Origin: Vicinamibacterales bacterium
Lineage (GTDB): Bacteria; Acidobacteriota; Vicinamibacteria; Vicinamibacterales; UBA8438
Assembly (NCBI GenBank): GCA_965215895.1
Contig: OZ244130.1
Location: 416,157 to 480,156, forward strand
DNA: 64,000 bases
Reading direction: 5' to 3'
Part shown: piece by piece, positions 43,474 through 52,234 of the stretch
Position numbering within the stretch: the first letter of the stretch is position 1
Layout: each line of letters opens with the position of its first letter
The notes under the pieces: generated by a model
The model's database searches: none
Seen by the model: the letters and a program-made list of their open reading frames with translations, nothing else
Told to the model about the DNA's origin: nothing
Made by a program: the position numbers and the translations under genes

Positions 43474-44838
43474 ATGACCGAACGTCCTTCCCCGCGGTTC
43501 CCCGATGCCCTGGTGCTCATCGGCGGGCTGATCCTGCTGGCGCAGGCCGCGACCTACGTGCTCCCGGCCGGCGAGTTCGAGCGGGAGGGGCGGCAGGTGA
43601 TTCGCGGCACCTGGCGCGCCGTCGAGGCCGAGCCGCTGCCGCTCTTCACGTTCCTGACCGCGGTCCCCGCCGGCCTCGCGGACGCCGCCGACATCATCTT
43701 CTTCATCCTCATCGTCGGGGGCGTGTTCGGCGTGCTGCGCGCCACCGGGGCCGTCGACGCCCTGATCGGACTCGCCATCGCGCGGCTGGGGGGCAGCCCG
43801 GTGCTGCTGGCCGGCGGCATGGTCACGGTGTTCGCGCTCGGGTCGTCGACGGTGGGCATGGCGGAAGAGTACATGCCGTTCGTTCCCCTCCTCGTCACGA
43901 TGTGCCTGGCCCTCCGCATGGACGCGGTCGTGGCCCTGGGCATCATCTACGTCGGGGCCGGGGTGGGCTACGCCTGCGCCGCCCTCAACCCGTTCACGGT
44001 GCTGATCGCGCAGGACATCGCGGGGGTCGAGCTGACGTCGGGCCAGGCGGTGCGGTGGCTGCTCCTGGCGGTCTGCCTCGTCGTCGGGGTGGGCCACATC
44101 CTGCGCTACGCGCGCCGCGTGCAGGCGGACCCGTCGCGGAGCCTGGTGCACGACGTCTCCTACGCCGGCGGGTTCGATCTGCCGGCCGATGTCCGGCTGA
44201 CCCGCGCGCGGGCGGGGGTGGTGGCGGTGTTCGTGGCCGGGGTGGTGCTCTTCGTGTACGGGGTCGGCGCCCGCGGCTGGTACCTGACCGAGCTGACCGC
44301 GGTGTTCCTGGGCATGGCGATCGCGGCGGCGGTGATCGCGCGCCTCGCCCCGAACCGGGTCGCCGCCGCCTTCCACGCCGGCGCGGCCGAGCTCGTCTCC
44401 ACCGCCGTCATCGTCGGCTTCGCCCGCGCGATACAGGTCGTCCTGACCGAGGGCCGGGTCATCGACACCATCATCCACGGCCTGGCGACGCCCCTGCAGG
44501 CGTTGCCGGGCCAGGCCGCGGCCATCGGCATGCTCGCGGTCCAGACCCTGTGCAACCTGTTCATTCCGTCCGGCTCGGGGCAGGCCTACGTCACGATGCC
44601 GATCATGGCCCCGCTCGCTGACCTGACGGGGCTGACCCGGCAGACCGCGGTGCTCGCCTACCAGTTCGGCGACGGGTTCACCAACATGGTGGTGCCCACC
44701 AACGCCCTGCTGATGGGGATGCTGGCCCTGGCCCGGATCCCCTATCAGCGCTGGCTGCGGTTCGTCGGCCCCCTGCTGGTGAAGCTGTATCTGGTGGCGA
44801 TCGCGGCGCTGATGCTCGCGGTTCGGTTGGGGTACTGA
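43474..44838 (+). CDS. YfcC family (DcuC-like) membrane transporter
   Basis: The start lies 2 nt after the upstream stop. The protein is polytopic. Motifs seen: PD.LVLIGGLI.LA...YV.PAG.F, FILIVGG.FGVL..TGA.D and IPSGSGQAYVTMPIMAPLADL, typical of YfcC. Confidence 0.8.
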   Translation: MTERPSPRFPDALVLIGGLILLAQAATYVLPAGEFEREGRQVIRGTWRAVEAEPLPLFTFLTAVPAGLADAADIIFFILIVGGVFGVLRATGAVDALIGLAIARLGGSPVLLAGGMVTVFALGSSTVGMAEEYMPFVPLLVTMCLALRMDAVVALGIIYVGAGVGYACAALNPFTVLIAQDIAGVELTSGQAVRWLLLAVCLVVGVGHILRYARRVQADPSRSLVHDVSYAGGFDLPADVRLTRARAGVVAVFVAGVVLFVYGVGARGWYLTELTAVFLGMAIAAAVIARLAPNRVAAAFHAGAAELVSTAVIVGFARAIQVVLTEGRVIDTIIHGLATPLQALPGQAAAIGMLAVQTLCNLFIPSGSGQAYVTMPIMAPLADLTGLTRQTAVLAYQFGDGFTNMVVPTNALLMGMLALARIPYQRWLRFVGPLLVKLYLVAIAALMLAVRLGY

Positions 44839-44854
44839 CGGCTTCGCTGCTCCC

Positions 44855-45002
44855 GCGTCCGGCAAACCGTGGCATCCTGCCCCGGTCGGCGGGACGGGAG
44901 GGTTTCCCCCGGGGCCGACCTGGAGGGCTTCATTTCCTCCCGCCCCAGCGTCCGGCGATCGCGGCATCCTGCGGCCGGTCGGCGGGACGGGAGGGTTCCC
45001 CC
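44855..45002. repeat. two ~55-bp direct repeats (44855-44910 and 44948-45002) in the 5' region of the TlpA-like gene
   Basis: The shared unit is GCGTCCGGC(aaaccgt/gatcgc)GGCATCCTGC(cc/gg)CGGTCGGCGGGACGGGAGGGTT(T)CCCCC, repeated with a 93-bp period. An 11-bp tandem CTCGATTCCCC x2 follows at 45026-45047. Confidence 0.7.
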
Positions 45003-45147
45003 TCCGGGTAAACCTCGGTCGGGGCTCGATTCCCCTCGATTCCCCGTCCGACGGGCCGATACCCGTTACAATAACGTGGGTGGGAGCCTGGGGTGAGACC
45101 GTGGGGCTCCCGCCACGGGGTTGCCGCCGCGGCAGAGGGAGAGCTTC

Positions 45148-45978
45148 ATGATCACGAGCAGCCGGTTCTTCGGCATCGTTCCGGTAGTGGCGTTCGGGGT
45201 GATGGTCGGGTGCGGGGCGCCCGGCGAGTCGGGCGGGGCGGCGACGAGCGGAAGCCCGGCCGCCGTGTTCGACGCGCGACCCGGCACGATTCAACTCGTG
45301 GCGGACCCGGCCGTGCTTCCCGAGTTGACGATGCAGACCCTCGACGGACGCACCATCACCAGCGAGGATCTGCGCGGCAAGGTCACCCTCGTGAACTTCT
45401 GGGCGACGTGGTGCGGGCCGTGCCGGGCCGAGATCCCCGACCTCATCCGGCTGCAGGAACGCTATTCCGACCGGCTCCAGATCATCGGCGTGTCGGAGGA
45501 CGAAGGACCGGTGCAGGTCGTCGAGAGCTTCGCGGCGCAGTTCGGCATCAACTACCCCATCGTGATGACCACGCCCGAGCTGGACCAGGCGTTTCCCGGC
45601 GTGATGGCCCTGCCCACCTCGTTCATGATCGATCCCGACGGCCGCGTGGTGCGAACCCACGTCGGGCTCGTCAACCCGGGGATCCTCGAGCAGGAGGCCC
45701 GCTTCCTGGCCGCGATCGACCCGGACATCAAGGTCGACCTGATCGAGCAGGATCGCCACGGCCGACTGGTCAACGCCGCCCATGCGACGGAGATCCCGGG
45801 GCTCGATCTGTCGGTGCTGACCCCCGAGCAACGGGTCACCGCGCTGCAGCGGCTGAACGTGGAGGGCTGCACCTGCGGGTGCCGGCTGACCCTCGCCCAG
45901 TGCCGCATCAACGATTCCGCCTGCGGGTTCAGCCTGCCCCTGGCCGAGGCCGTCGTCGCGGAGATCGCCGCGTCCTGA
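45148..45978 (+). CDS. TlpA/ResA-like thiol:disulfide oxidoreductase lipoprotein with extra Cys-rich C-terminal domain
   Basis: Lipobox-like FGVMVGC. Thioredoxin motif VNFWATWCGPCRAEIP. The C-terminal ~70 aa carry EGCTCGCRLTLAQCRINDSACGFS (CxCGC...C...C). Confidence 0.8.
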   Translation: MITSSRFFGIVPVVAFGVMVGCGAPGESGGAATSGSPAAVFDARPGTIQLVADPAVLPELTMQTLDGRTITSEDLRGKVTLVNFWATWCGPCRAEIPDLIRLQERYSDRLQIIGVSEDEGPVQVVESFAAQFGINYPIVMTTPELDQAFPGVMALPTSFMIDPDGRVVRTHVGLVNPGILEQEARFLAAIDPDIKVDLIEQDRHGRLVNAAHATEIPGLDLSVLTPEQRVTALQRLNVEGCTCGCRLTLAQCRINDSACGFSLPLAEAVVAEIAAS

Positions 45979-46017
45979 GCGGTGGCCCGCGGCGGGTGAC
46001 CGGCCGGTTTCCGTCTC

Positions 46018-48756
46018 TCAGGAACCGGCCGCGTTGGCGACGAGCGCGGCGCCGAGGGTCGAGAGCGCCTCGGTGAGCATGTCCGGCAGCCGGGCGAGCG
46101 AGCCGTCGACCTTTACCGATTCCACGAAGGCGCCGTCGGAGACCTGCAGCAGCCGGGCGGTCAGGCGGAGCTGTCCGCCGACGTGCTGGTAGCCGCCGGT
46201 GACGAGCCAGTCGGCGCCGCGGGCGGCGGCCACCGACAGGGCGGCCGGTCCGTCGGCGGCGCTGGTGTCGAGGGTGACGACCGCGAGGTCCGGGATCCGG
46301 GCCAACAGTCCGGCGATCTCCGCCGCGACGGTGTCGCTGATTCCGTCGTCGGCGGGGTTGCGCGAGATGTTGGCGAACGGCGAGACGGCGACCTGGACCG
46401 CGCTTCGGGCCGGCGGCGCGGGGGTCGGGTCCGGGGCGGCGGGCCGCGCCGCTACGGGCGCCGCGGCCGCCATCCGGGGCGCGGTCGCCGCGGGCATGTT
46501 GTCGAGCAGCTCGGATCGGAGCTCCGCGATCAGCCGGCTGGTCAGGCGGTCGCGGCCGGTGACGGTGCCGTCCACGCGGACGGATCCGAGCAACTGGCCG
46601 GTGGCCACGTCGACGACCCGCCCCGTTACCCGCAACTGCTCGCCGACGCGTTGATACCCGCCCGCGGCCAGCCAGGTGGCCTGGCTGGCCATGGCGCGCT
46701 CGACGGCGTTCGACTCGTCGCCGCGGTCCAGCAGCACGACCCGCATGCCCGCGGCCCTCTCGAGCGCGATCCGGAGCACGGTGCGCATCTCCTCTCCGAT
46801 GACGTCATCGGCCGGGTCGCGCGACACGTTCCGGAACGGGAGCAGGGCCACCACCGGGGCGACCGCCTCCCCGGTGGCCGGGGCGCGGGGCGAGGCATCG
46901 GTGCGGGCCGGCCTCGCGGTCGGCGCCGGCATCGGCGCGTCCGCACCGGGAGCGGGGCTTCCGGGTCCACCGGGACGCAGAGCCGCCGGAGCGTCGGTCA
47001 CCGCCGGGCGGTCCGCTCGCGCCATGCCTGCATCCGGTCGGCCCGGTGCCCCGGGACGGCGGCCGGCCGCCGCGGGACCACCCGGCCTCGTCCCGTCCCC
47101 TGCGGCGGCATTTCCGGGTCCGCGGCCGCCCGCGAATCGGGGTCGGGGCTCGGCGCGGGCCATTCGATCTTCGGTACCGGCGACCGGCCCGGGCGGGGCG
47201 CCCGCTCCACGGGCCGCAGCCGCCGGCGGGTCCGCCGTGCCCCGCAACTGGGCGATCCGCTGGCGGATGGCGGCAATCTGCTCGTTCCGCGGCAAGGTCG
47301 GGTCGACGTCGAATTGATCGGGGCGGGGCGCCGGTGCCGCGGCGGCGGACGGTCTGTCCGACCGAGGGGCCGGTGCCGCGGCGGCGGACGGTCTGTCCGG
47401 CCGAGGGGCCTCGCGCGCGGCGACCCGGTCGGGACCGGGGGCGCCGGCCGCCGGGGCGGCGTCCGCTTCCGCGGCCGGGGTCGGGCGGCGCTCGGCCGGG
47501 GGGGCGGGAACCGGATCCGCAGCCGTGGTCCGCGAACCCCGGTCGGGCGCGCGGGTGTCGGCCTCGGCTCGCGCCGTCACGGGCTCATCCTCGGCGATCT
47601 GCACCGCCATGCCGTCGATGACGGCATCGAGGGCCGAGATGGACACCCGTTCGCCCTCTGCCAGTCCGCTGCGGACCAGCACGTACTCGGTGGTCGATCG
47701 CAGGATGTCGACCTGCCGGTATCGCAGCCGCCCGTCGTCGTCGACGATCAGGACCTGATCGCGTCCGTGCAGCGCCGCCCACGGCAGCAAGACGACATCG
47801 TCGACGCGCCGACCGGCAATCTCCGCCTCCACGAACATCCCCACCGCCAGAGGGGGGCGGCTGGGGTCGGAGTCCGGCGCATAGGGGTCGTCGACCGCGG
47901 CCACGACGTGCACCATCCGGCTCACCGAGTCGATCTCGCCTTCAGTGCGGACGATCTGTCCCTGCCAGGTGTACCGGCGCCCGGCGAAATCCGCCGACAG
48001 GACGACGTCGGGGCCGGCCTGCGGCTGCGTGCCCCGGTACGACATCGGCACGTCGACATAGGCCAGCTCTTCGTCGGGGAGCGGCAACCGGACCTCGGCC
48101 GAGTCGACCGCGTAGATCCGGCCGACCGCCGTCCCCCGGTTCACGAACTGCCCGATGTCGACGTCCTTGCTCTGGACCCGGCCGGCGTACGGAGCCCGCA
48201 CCTCGGCGCGCTCCAGATCCCGTCTCGCGCGGTCGATCGCCGCCTCGGCCGAGGTCACCGCGGCCCGGGCGTCCTCGACCTGCGGCTGCCGCAGGGTCAG
48301 GGCGTTGGCGTCTCCGCGGCCGAGCTCCTCCCACTCCCGCCGGGCCACCTCCGCTTCCGCCTCTTCCTGGGCGAGCCTGAGCCGGGCCTGCGCGAGCTGC
48401 GACTGCCCCGTGATGAGCGCCTGCTGGTAGTCGTAGGGATCGATCTCCAGCAGGACCTCTCCCTCCTCGAAGAAGCCTCCGACCGCGAACGTCGGCGACA
48501 CGTTGATCACGGTGCCGGAGATCTCCGGCACGAGCTGGCTGGCCGTCCGAGGCTGCACCGTGCCCTGGCTGGACACGGTGAGGTCGACGCTCTCGAACGC
48601 GACCCGCTGCACCCGTACCGCCGGCGGGGACACGACCGGGGTCTGGGTCTCCACCGGCGGGCGGTTGAGGTACATGACGTAGGCGCCCATGACCGCGACG
48701 CCCACGACGACGGGCGGGAGGAGCGCCTTCAGAATCCGATTGAGCATTGGTGACAT
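46018..48756 (-). CDS. efflux periplasmic adaptor (MFP/HlyD family) fused to a Pro/Ala-rich linker and two TolB-N/COG5616-like domains
   Basis: ATG at 48756. The adaptor core (~390 aa: TM, VSSQGTV.P......VPEISG, coiled coil, APYAGRV) ends near 47590. A ~240-aa low-complexity linker follows. Two units then open VVALLPFRNVSRDPADDVIGEE (about 46850) and VAVSPFANISRNPADDGISD (about 46390). There is no in-frame stop over 912 codons. Confidence 0.7.
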   Translation of the reverse strand: MSPMLNRILKALLPPVVVGVAVMGAYVMYLNRPPVETQTPVVSPPAVRVQRVAFESVDLTVSSQGTVQPRTASQLVPEISGTVINVSPTFAVGGFFEEGEVLLEIDPYDYQQALITGQSQLAQARLRLAQEEAEAEVARREWEELGRGDANALTLRQPQVEDARAAVTSAEAAIDRARRDLERAEVRAPYAGRVQSKDVDIGQFVNRGTAVGRIYAVDSAEVRLPLPDEELAYVDVPMSYRGTQPQAGPDVVLSADFAGRRYTWQGQIVRTEGEIDSVSRMVHVVAAVDDPYAPDSDPSRPPLAVGMFVEAEIAGRRVDDVVLLPWAALHGRDQVLIVDDDGRLRYRQVDILRSTTEYVLVRSGLAEGERVSISALDAVIDGMAVQIAEDEPVTARAEADTRAPDRGSRTTAADPVPAPPAERRPTPAAEADAAPAAGAPGPDRVAAREAPRPDRPSAAAAPAPRSDRPSAAAAPAPRPDQFDVDPTLPRNEQIAAIRQRIAQLRGTADPPAAAARGAGAPPGPVAGTEDRMARAEPRPRFAGGRGPGNAAAGDGTRPGGPAAAGRRPGAPGRPDAGMARADRPAVTDAPAALRPGGPGSPAPGADAPMPAPTARPARTDASPRAPATGEAVAPVVALLPFRNVSRDPADDVIGEEMRTVLRIALERAAGMRVVLLDRGDESNAVERAMASQATWLAAGGYQRVGEQLRVTGRVVDVATGQLLGSVRVDGTVTGRDRLTSRLIAELRSELLDNMPAATAPRMAAAAPVAARPAAPDPTPAPPARSAVQVAVSPFANISRNPADDGISDTVAAEIAGLLARIPDLAVVTLDTSAADGPAALSVAAARGADWLVTGGYQHVGGQLRLTARLLQVSDGAFVESVKVDGSLARLPDMLTEALSTLGAALVANAAGS

Positions 48757-48794
48757 CGTATGCACCCCTGAAAACGAGGCTGCGGCGCGAGTGC

Positions 48795-50249
48795 TCAGTC
48801 GCCGGAACCGGGCACGGCCGGCGCCTGATCGAATCCGCCGCCGAGCGCGAGATACAGATCCACGCGGTTTTCGAGGCGTTGCCGCCGGGCCGCAATCAGA
48901 TCCCCTTCCGCCTGCAGCGCGAGTCGTTGCGATTCGAGCACGGTGATGTAGTCGTCGAGCCCCGACCGGTACCGGTCGTCGGCGATGGTCTCCGCCGCCC
49001 GTGACTGCTCGGCCGAGATCTCGAGATAGCGTTCCCGTTCGACCAGATACTCCTCGGCCGAGAGCGCGGTTTCCACTTCCGAGAACGCCTGCAGGGTGGT
49101 GTTGGCGTAGACCGCCAGCTCCTCCGCCGCGCGGGCCTCGGCGCGGTCGACGCCGGCGCGCAGGCGTCCCCCCTGCAACAGCGGCTGGATCACGTTGCCG
49201 AGCAGGGTCCAGACACCGAAGTCGCGCTTGACGAGGTCCTGCAACGCGCCGGTGGCGGTGCCGGTGTTCGCGGTCAGGCTGAACCGCGGGTACAGATCGC
49301 GTTGCGCCACCTGCAGGCGCTGCCGGGCCGCGGCGATCCGGCGCTCGGCCGCCACCACGTCGGGGCGCCGTCTCACGAGCTCGGCCGGGAGCCCGCCGGG
49401 GATGACCGCGGGCGCCGCCGGAAGCGCCGCCGGTATCGCCGTGGTGCCCGAGGCGTATCGACCCATCAACACTTCCAGTTGCCGGATGGATGCGTCGAAC
49501 TGCTGGCCCCGCTGCTCGCGGAGGGCCTCGGCCGTGGCGAGATTGGAGAGCGCCAGGCGTACGTCGAGAGACGGCCGGAGGCCCTGCTCGAACCGCTCGC
49601 GGACATGCTCCGACGAGATCCGGAAGCTGGCGACGGAGGCTTCCGCCAGTCGAAGCTGTTGCTGGGCCTCGGCAGTCGCGAACCACGCCTTCGTCGTCTG
49701 GCCGGCGAGAGACAGTTGGGCGGCGCGCAGGTCCGCGGCGCGGGACTGCAGGTCGGCCAGCGCGGCCCGGGCCCCCGCTCGAAGCCGGCCCCACAGGTCC
49801 GCCTCCCAGGTGAGGTCCAGCGAGACCCCGTAGTTCGTGAACACCGAGCTGAGCACCCGGTCCTCGGCGCCGGGAATGGGGAATCCGATGAAGTTCTGCT
49901 TGCGCTGCGATCCGTTCAGGCCGACCTGCAGCGCGGGCTGGAGGTCGGCTCCGGCGATACGGGAGTCGGCCAGGGCCTGGTCGAGTCGGGCCGCAGCCGC
50001 CTGCAGGTCGTGGTTCTGCCGGAGCGCCGACTGCACGACGTCATCCAGGCCGGGGTCGCCGAAATCGGCCCACCACGCCAGCGCGGGGGGCCCGCCGGTG
50101 TCGTCCCGCGCGGTCCACGCCGCGGGGACGTCGGCATCGAGCGCCGGATGGTCCGCGAGGGGGGCGGTGGCGCACCCGGTCGCGAGCAGAAGCAGACCGA
50201 TCAGACCGCGGGCGTTGCCGAAAAAGGGTGTTCTGGAATCTGCCGCCAT
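48795..50249 (-). CDS. efflux transporter outer membrane factor lipoprotein (NodT family)
   Basis: Lipobox LLLATGC. Motifs seen: WW..F.DP.L...V..AL..N.DL..A..R, RPD(V)..AE and a C-terminal LY.ALGGG. 484 aa. Confidence 0.85.
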   Translation of the reverse strand: MAADSRTPFFGNARGLIGLLLLATGCATAPLADHPALDADVPAAWTARDDTGGPPALAWWADFGDPGLDDVVQSALRQNHDLQAAAARLDQALADSRIAGADLQPALQVGLNGSQRKQNFIGFPIPGAEDRVLSSVFTNYGVSLDLTWEADLWGRLRAGARAALADLQSRAADLRAAQLSLAGQTTKAWFATAEAQQQLRLAEASVASFRISSEHVRERFEQGLRPSLDVRLALSNLATAEALREQRGQQFDASIRQLEVLMGRYASGTTAIPAALPAAPAVIPGGLPAELVRRRPDVVAAERRIAAARQRLQVAQRDLYPRFSLTANTGTATGALQDLVKRDFGVWTLLGNVIQPLLQGGRLRAGVDRAEARAAEELAVYANTTLQAFSEVETALSAEEYLVERERYLEISAEQSRAAETIADDRYRSGLDDYITVLESQRLALQAEGDLIAARRQRLENRVDLYLALGGGFDQAPAVPGSGD

Positions 50250-50618
50250 GGTGGTGATGCCGGGTGTCGCCGTCGGAAGGCCGCCGAAGCTCCCTCGGAA
50301 TCATACGCCTTGATGCACGGGAAGTTCAAAGCCGGGCGGAACCGGGGTGCGCCGGTGCAGCCGGGCCGGAACCGCTCGCAGGGCGAAGAATCAGTTGAAT
50401 CCTGACCGCGACCCCGGTATTCTTCAACCTCGTAGCTGTTCGACGAGCGGCTGGGCGGTGCGTCCCGTCCTGCCGCCCGTGGCGGGCGTGCCTGCGGTGC
50501 ACGGGCACCGGGGCGGCCCGCCAGGGGCGGCGGCTCACGCATCGGCACATGGATCCGCTGTGCATCGGTGGTCGAATGCCACCGTCCATGAACGGGTCAC
50601 ATCACGAGGGCGTAATTT

Positions 50619-51518
50619 ATGGAACTGTTTCAAGTCGGGACCGATCCCTGGGGACAAGAGATCATCATCCGGCTCGCGTGGGGGTTGTTGACCCTGTCGT
50701 TCTGGGCCGGTATCGCGTTCGTCGTGTTTCATGCCGCCTACGCGGTGGTGTGGAAGCCGCGGGTCGAGCCGGCAGGGGCCGCGGCCGCCCCGGCCGCGGT
50801 CGACCCGGGCATTCCCGAGCGGATCGTGCGGCACACCGGCGCCGCCCGGATGTTTCACTGGGTGATGGCGGCGTCCATGCTCGCGCTCCTCGTGACCGGC
50901 TTCTTCCCGATCGTGGGGCTGGAGTTCAGTTGGCTGACCATTCACTGGGTGTCCGGTCTCATCCTGATTCTGTGCATCATCTACCACATCGTGCACGCCT
51001 CCTTCTTCCTGGACTTCTGGTCGATCTGGATTCTGCCGAATGACCTGAAAGAGGCGGTCCAGCGGACGCGCCGCCAGCTCGGGGCCAGCGTGGACATCGA
51101 CAAGCACGGCAAGTACCCGCTCGATCACAAGCTCTACCATTTCGCCGTCTCCATCTTCGGCCTGATTGTCGCGGTCAGCGGACTGCTGATGATGTTGAGG
51201 ATCGAGAACCCCATCGTGCCGATGAACGAGATGCTGTTCGCAGGCGCGGCCATGGGGAACGATGAGGCCTGGGGGATCGTCTACGTCCTGCACGGCTTCT
51301 CGTCGGTGCTGTTCGTGACCCTGACCATCACCCACATCTACTTCGCGATTCGGCCCGAGAAGCTGTGGATCACGAAGTCGATGATCTTCGGGACGGTGAC
51401 CCGCGACGAGTATCTGGCGCATCACGACCCGAAGCGGTGGGACGTCACCCCGCCCAAGCCCAAGGCCAAGCCCCCGGCGCCGGCGCCGGCCCGGAGCGCA
51501 GGCCAACCGGCGTCGTAG
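50619..51518 (+). CDS. cytochrome b (FdnI/PhsC/HyaC-like, PF01292-type) membrane protein
   Basis: TM helices carry histidines in the usual positions (RMFHWVMA, IHWVSGLILILCIIYHIVH, YHFAVSIFG, YVLHGFSSVLFVTLTITHIYF). There is an extra N-terminal TM and a Lys/Pro-rich tail. AT-richer than flanking genes. Confidence 0.75.
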   Translation: MELFQVGTDPWGQEIIIRLAWGLLTLSFWAGIAFVVFHAAYAVVWKPRVEPAGAAAAPAAVDPGIPERIVRHTGAARMFHWVMAASMLALLVTGFFPIVGLEFSWLTIHWVSGLILILCIIYHIVHASFFLDFWSIWILPNDLKEAVQRTRRQLGASVDIDKHGKYPLDHKLYHFAVSIFGLIVAVSGLLMMLRIENPIVPMNEMLFAGAAMGNDEAWGIVYVLHGFSSVLFVTLTITHIYFAIRPEKLWITKSMIFGTVTRDEYLAHHDPKRWDVTPPKPKAKPPAPAPARSAGQPAS

Positions 51519-51561
51519 AAGTCTGCGCCAGAGTTAAAGGCGCGGACTGCTGAAGGATTGG

Positions 51562-52083
51562 TTGGGCGGGAAGCGGAGCCGCAGGGCGACGATTCTCGGG
51601 CCAGGGGAGCCGCAGGTGACCGAGACAGCCACGGAGGGTCTGAGAGACCACATCGATGCGCTCGAGGGAGGCTACGAGTACTTCCTCAGCTACGCCGCCA
51701 AGGGCTACAAGGGCGAGCCGGGCGGCGCCGACGGCGAGTTGCGCCGCTATCTGGACGGCATGGATCGGGCTCTCGACGGGCTCGGCGCGTTCCTCGCGTC
51801 GATCGTCCGCGGGCGGGGCCTGGAGCCGGTGCAGGCGTTCGACGGATTCATCGAGGTGCTCGCGGGGGATGCCGAACGGGCGCGGAAGGTGCTCGGGCTG
51901 GTTCGAGCCCAGCCCGGCATCAGCAGCCAGGTCATCGACAACCTGAACGGGTCGATCCATTTGCGGGCGCTGCTCACCGATCTGTTCCTCATCGACGAGA
52001 TCCTCCGCCCGCGCGCCTCCGAAGCGATACCGGCGGTGGCCCTGGCCAACGAGAAGCCGCCGCCGACCGCCGCTTCGACCTGA
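51562..52083 (+). CDS. hypothetical cytoplasmic helical protein
   Basis: The ORF follows the cytochrome b gene by 44 nt. There is no signal peptide. The start is uncertain: TTG 51562, or GTG 51616 preceded by GGGGAG. No family recognised. Confidence 0.5.
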   Translation: MGGKRSRRATILGPGEPQVTETATEGLRDHIDALEGGYEYFLSYAAKGYKGEPGGADGELRRYLDGMDRALDGLGAFLASIVRGRGLEPVQAFDGFIEVLAGDAERARKVLGLVRAQPGISSQVIDNLNGSIHLRALLTDLFLIDEILRPRASEAIPAVALANEKPPPTAAST

Positions 52084-52234
52084 TGCGTTCGCCCCGGCTC
52101 CGCTCCGTCTCGGGCGTTCTTTCCGGGGCAGGAGTCAGCGTCGAAAGCCGGCACGGACACCCGGGGGTCGGTTGGTCGGCACCCGGAGCGACCCGGCGGC
52201 GGTTTCCGGGCCGGCAGGCCCAGGGAGAACGACG

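Noticed and set aside
44869-45096. 75-aa ORF across the 55-bp repeats
   Set aside because: The peptide merely mirrors the DNA repeat (..RRDGRVSPG.. / ..RRDGRVPPPG..). There is no RBS, and the region is more plausibly regulatory.
46018-49794. Full 1258-aa ORF from the track as one gene
   Set aside because: The first 346 codons overlap the OMF gene out of frame and are R/P/G-rich junk. A credible adaptor N-terminus (MSPMLNRILKALLPPVVVGVAV..) starts at ATG 48756, 38 nt after the OMF stop.
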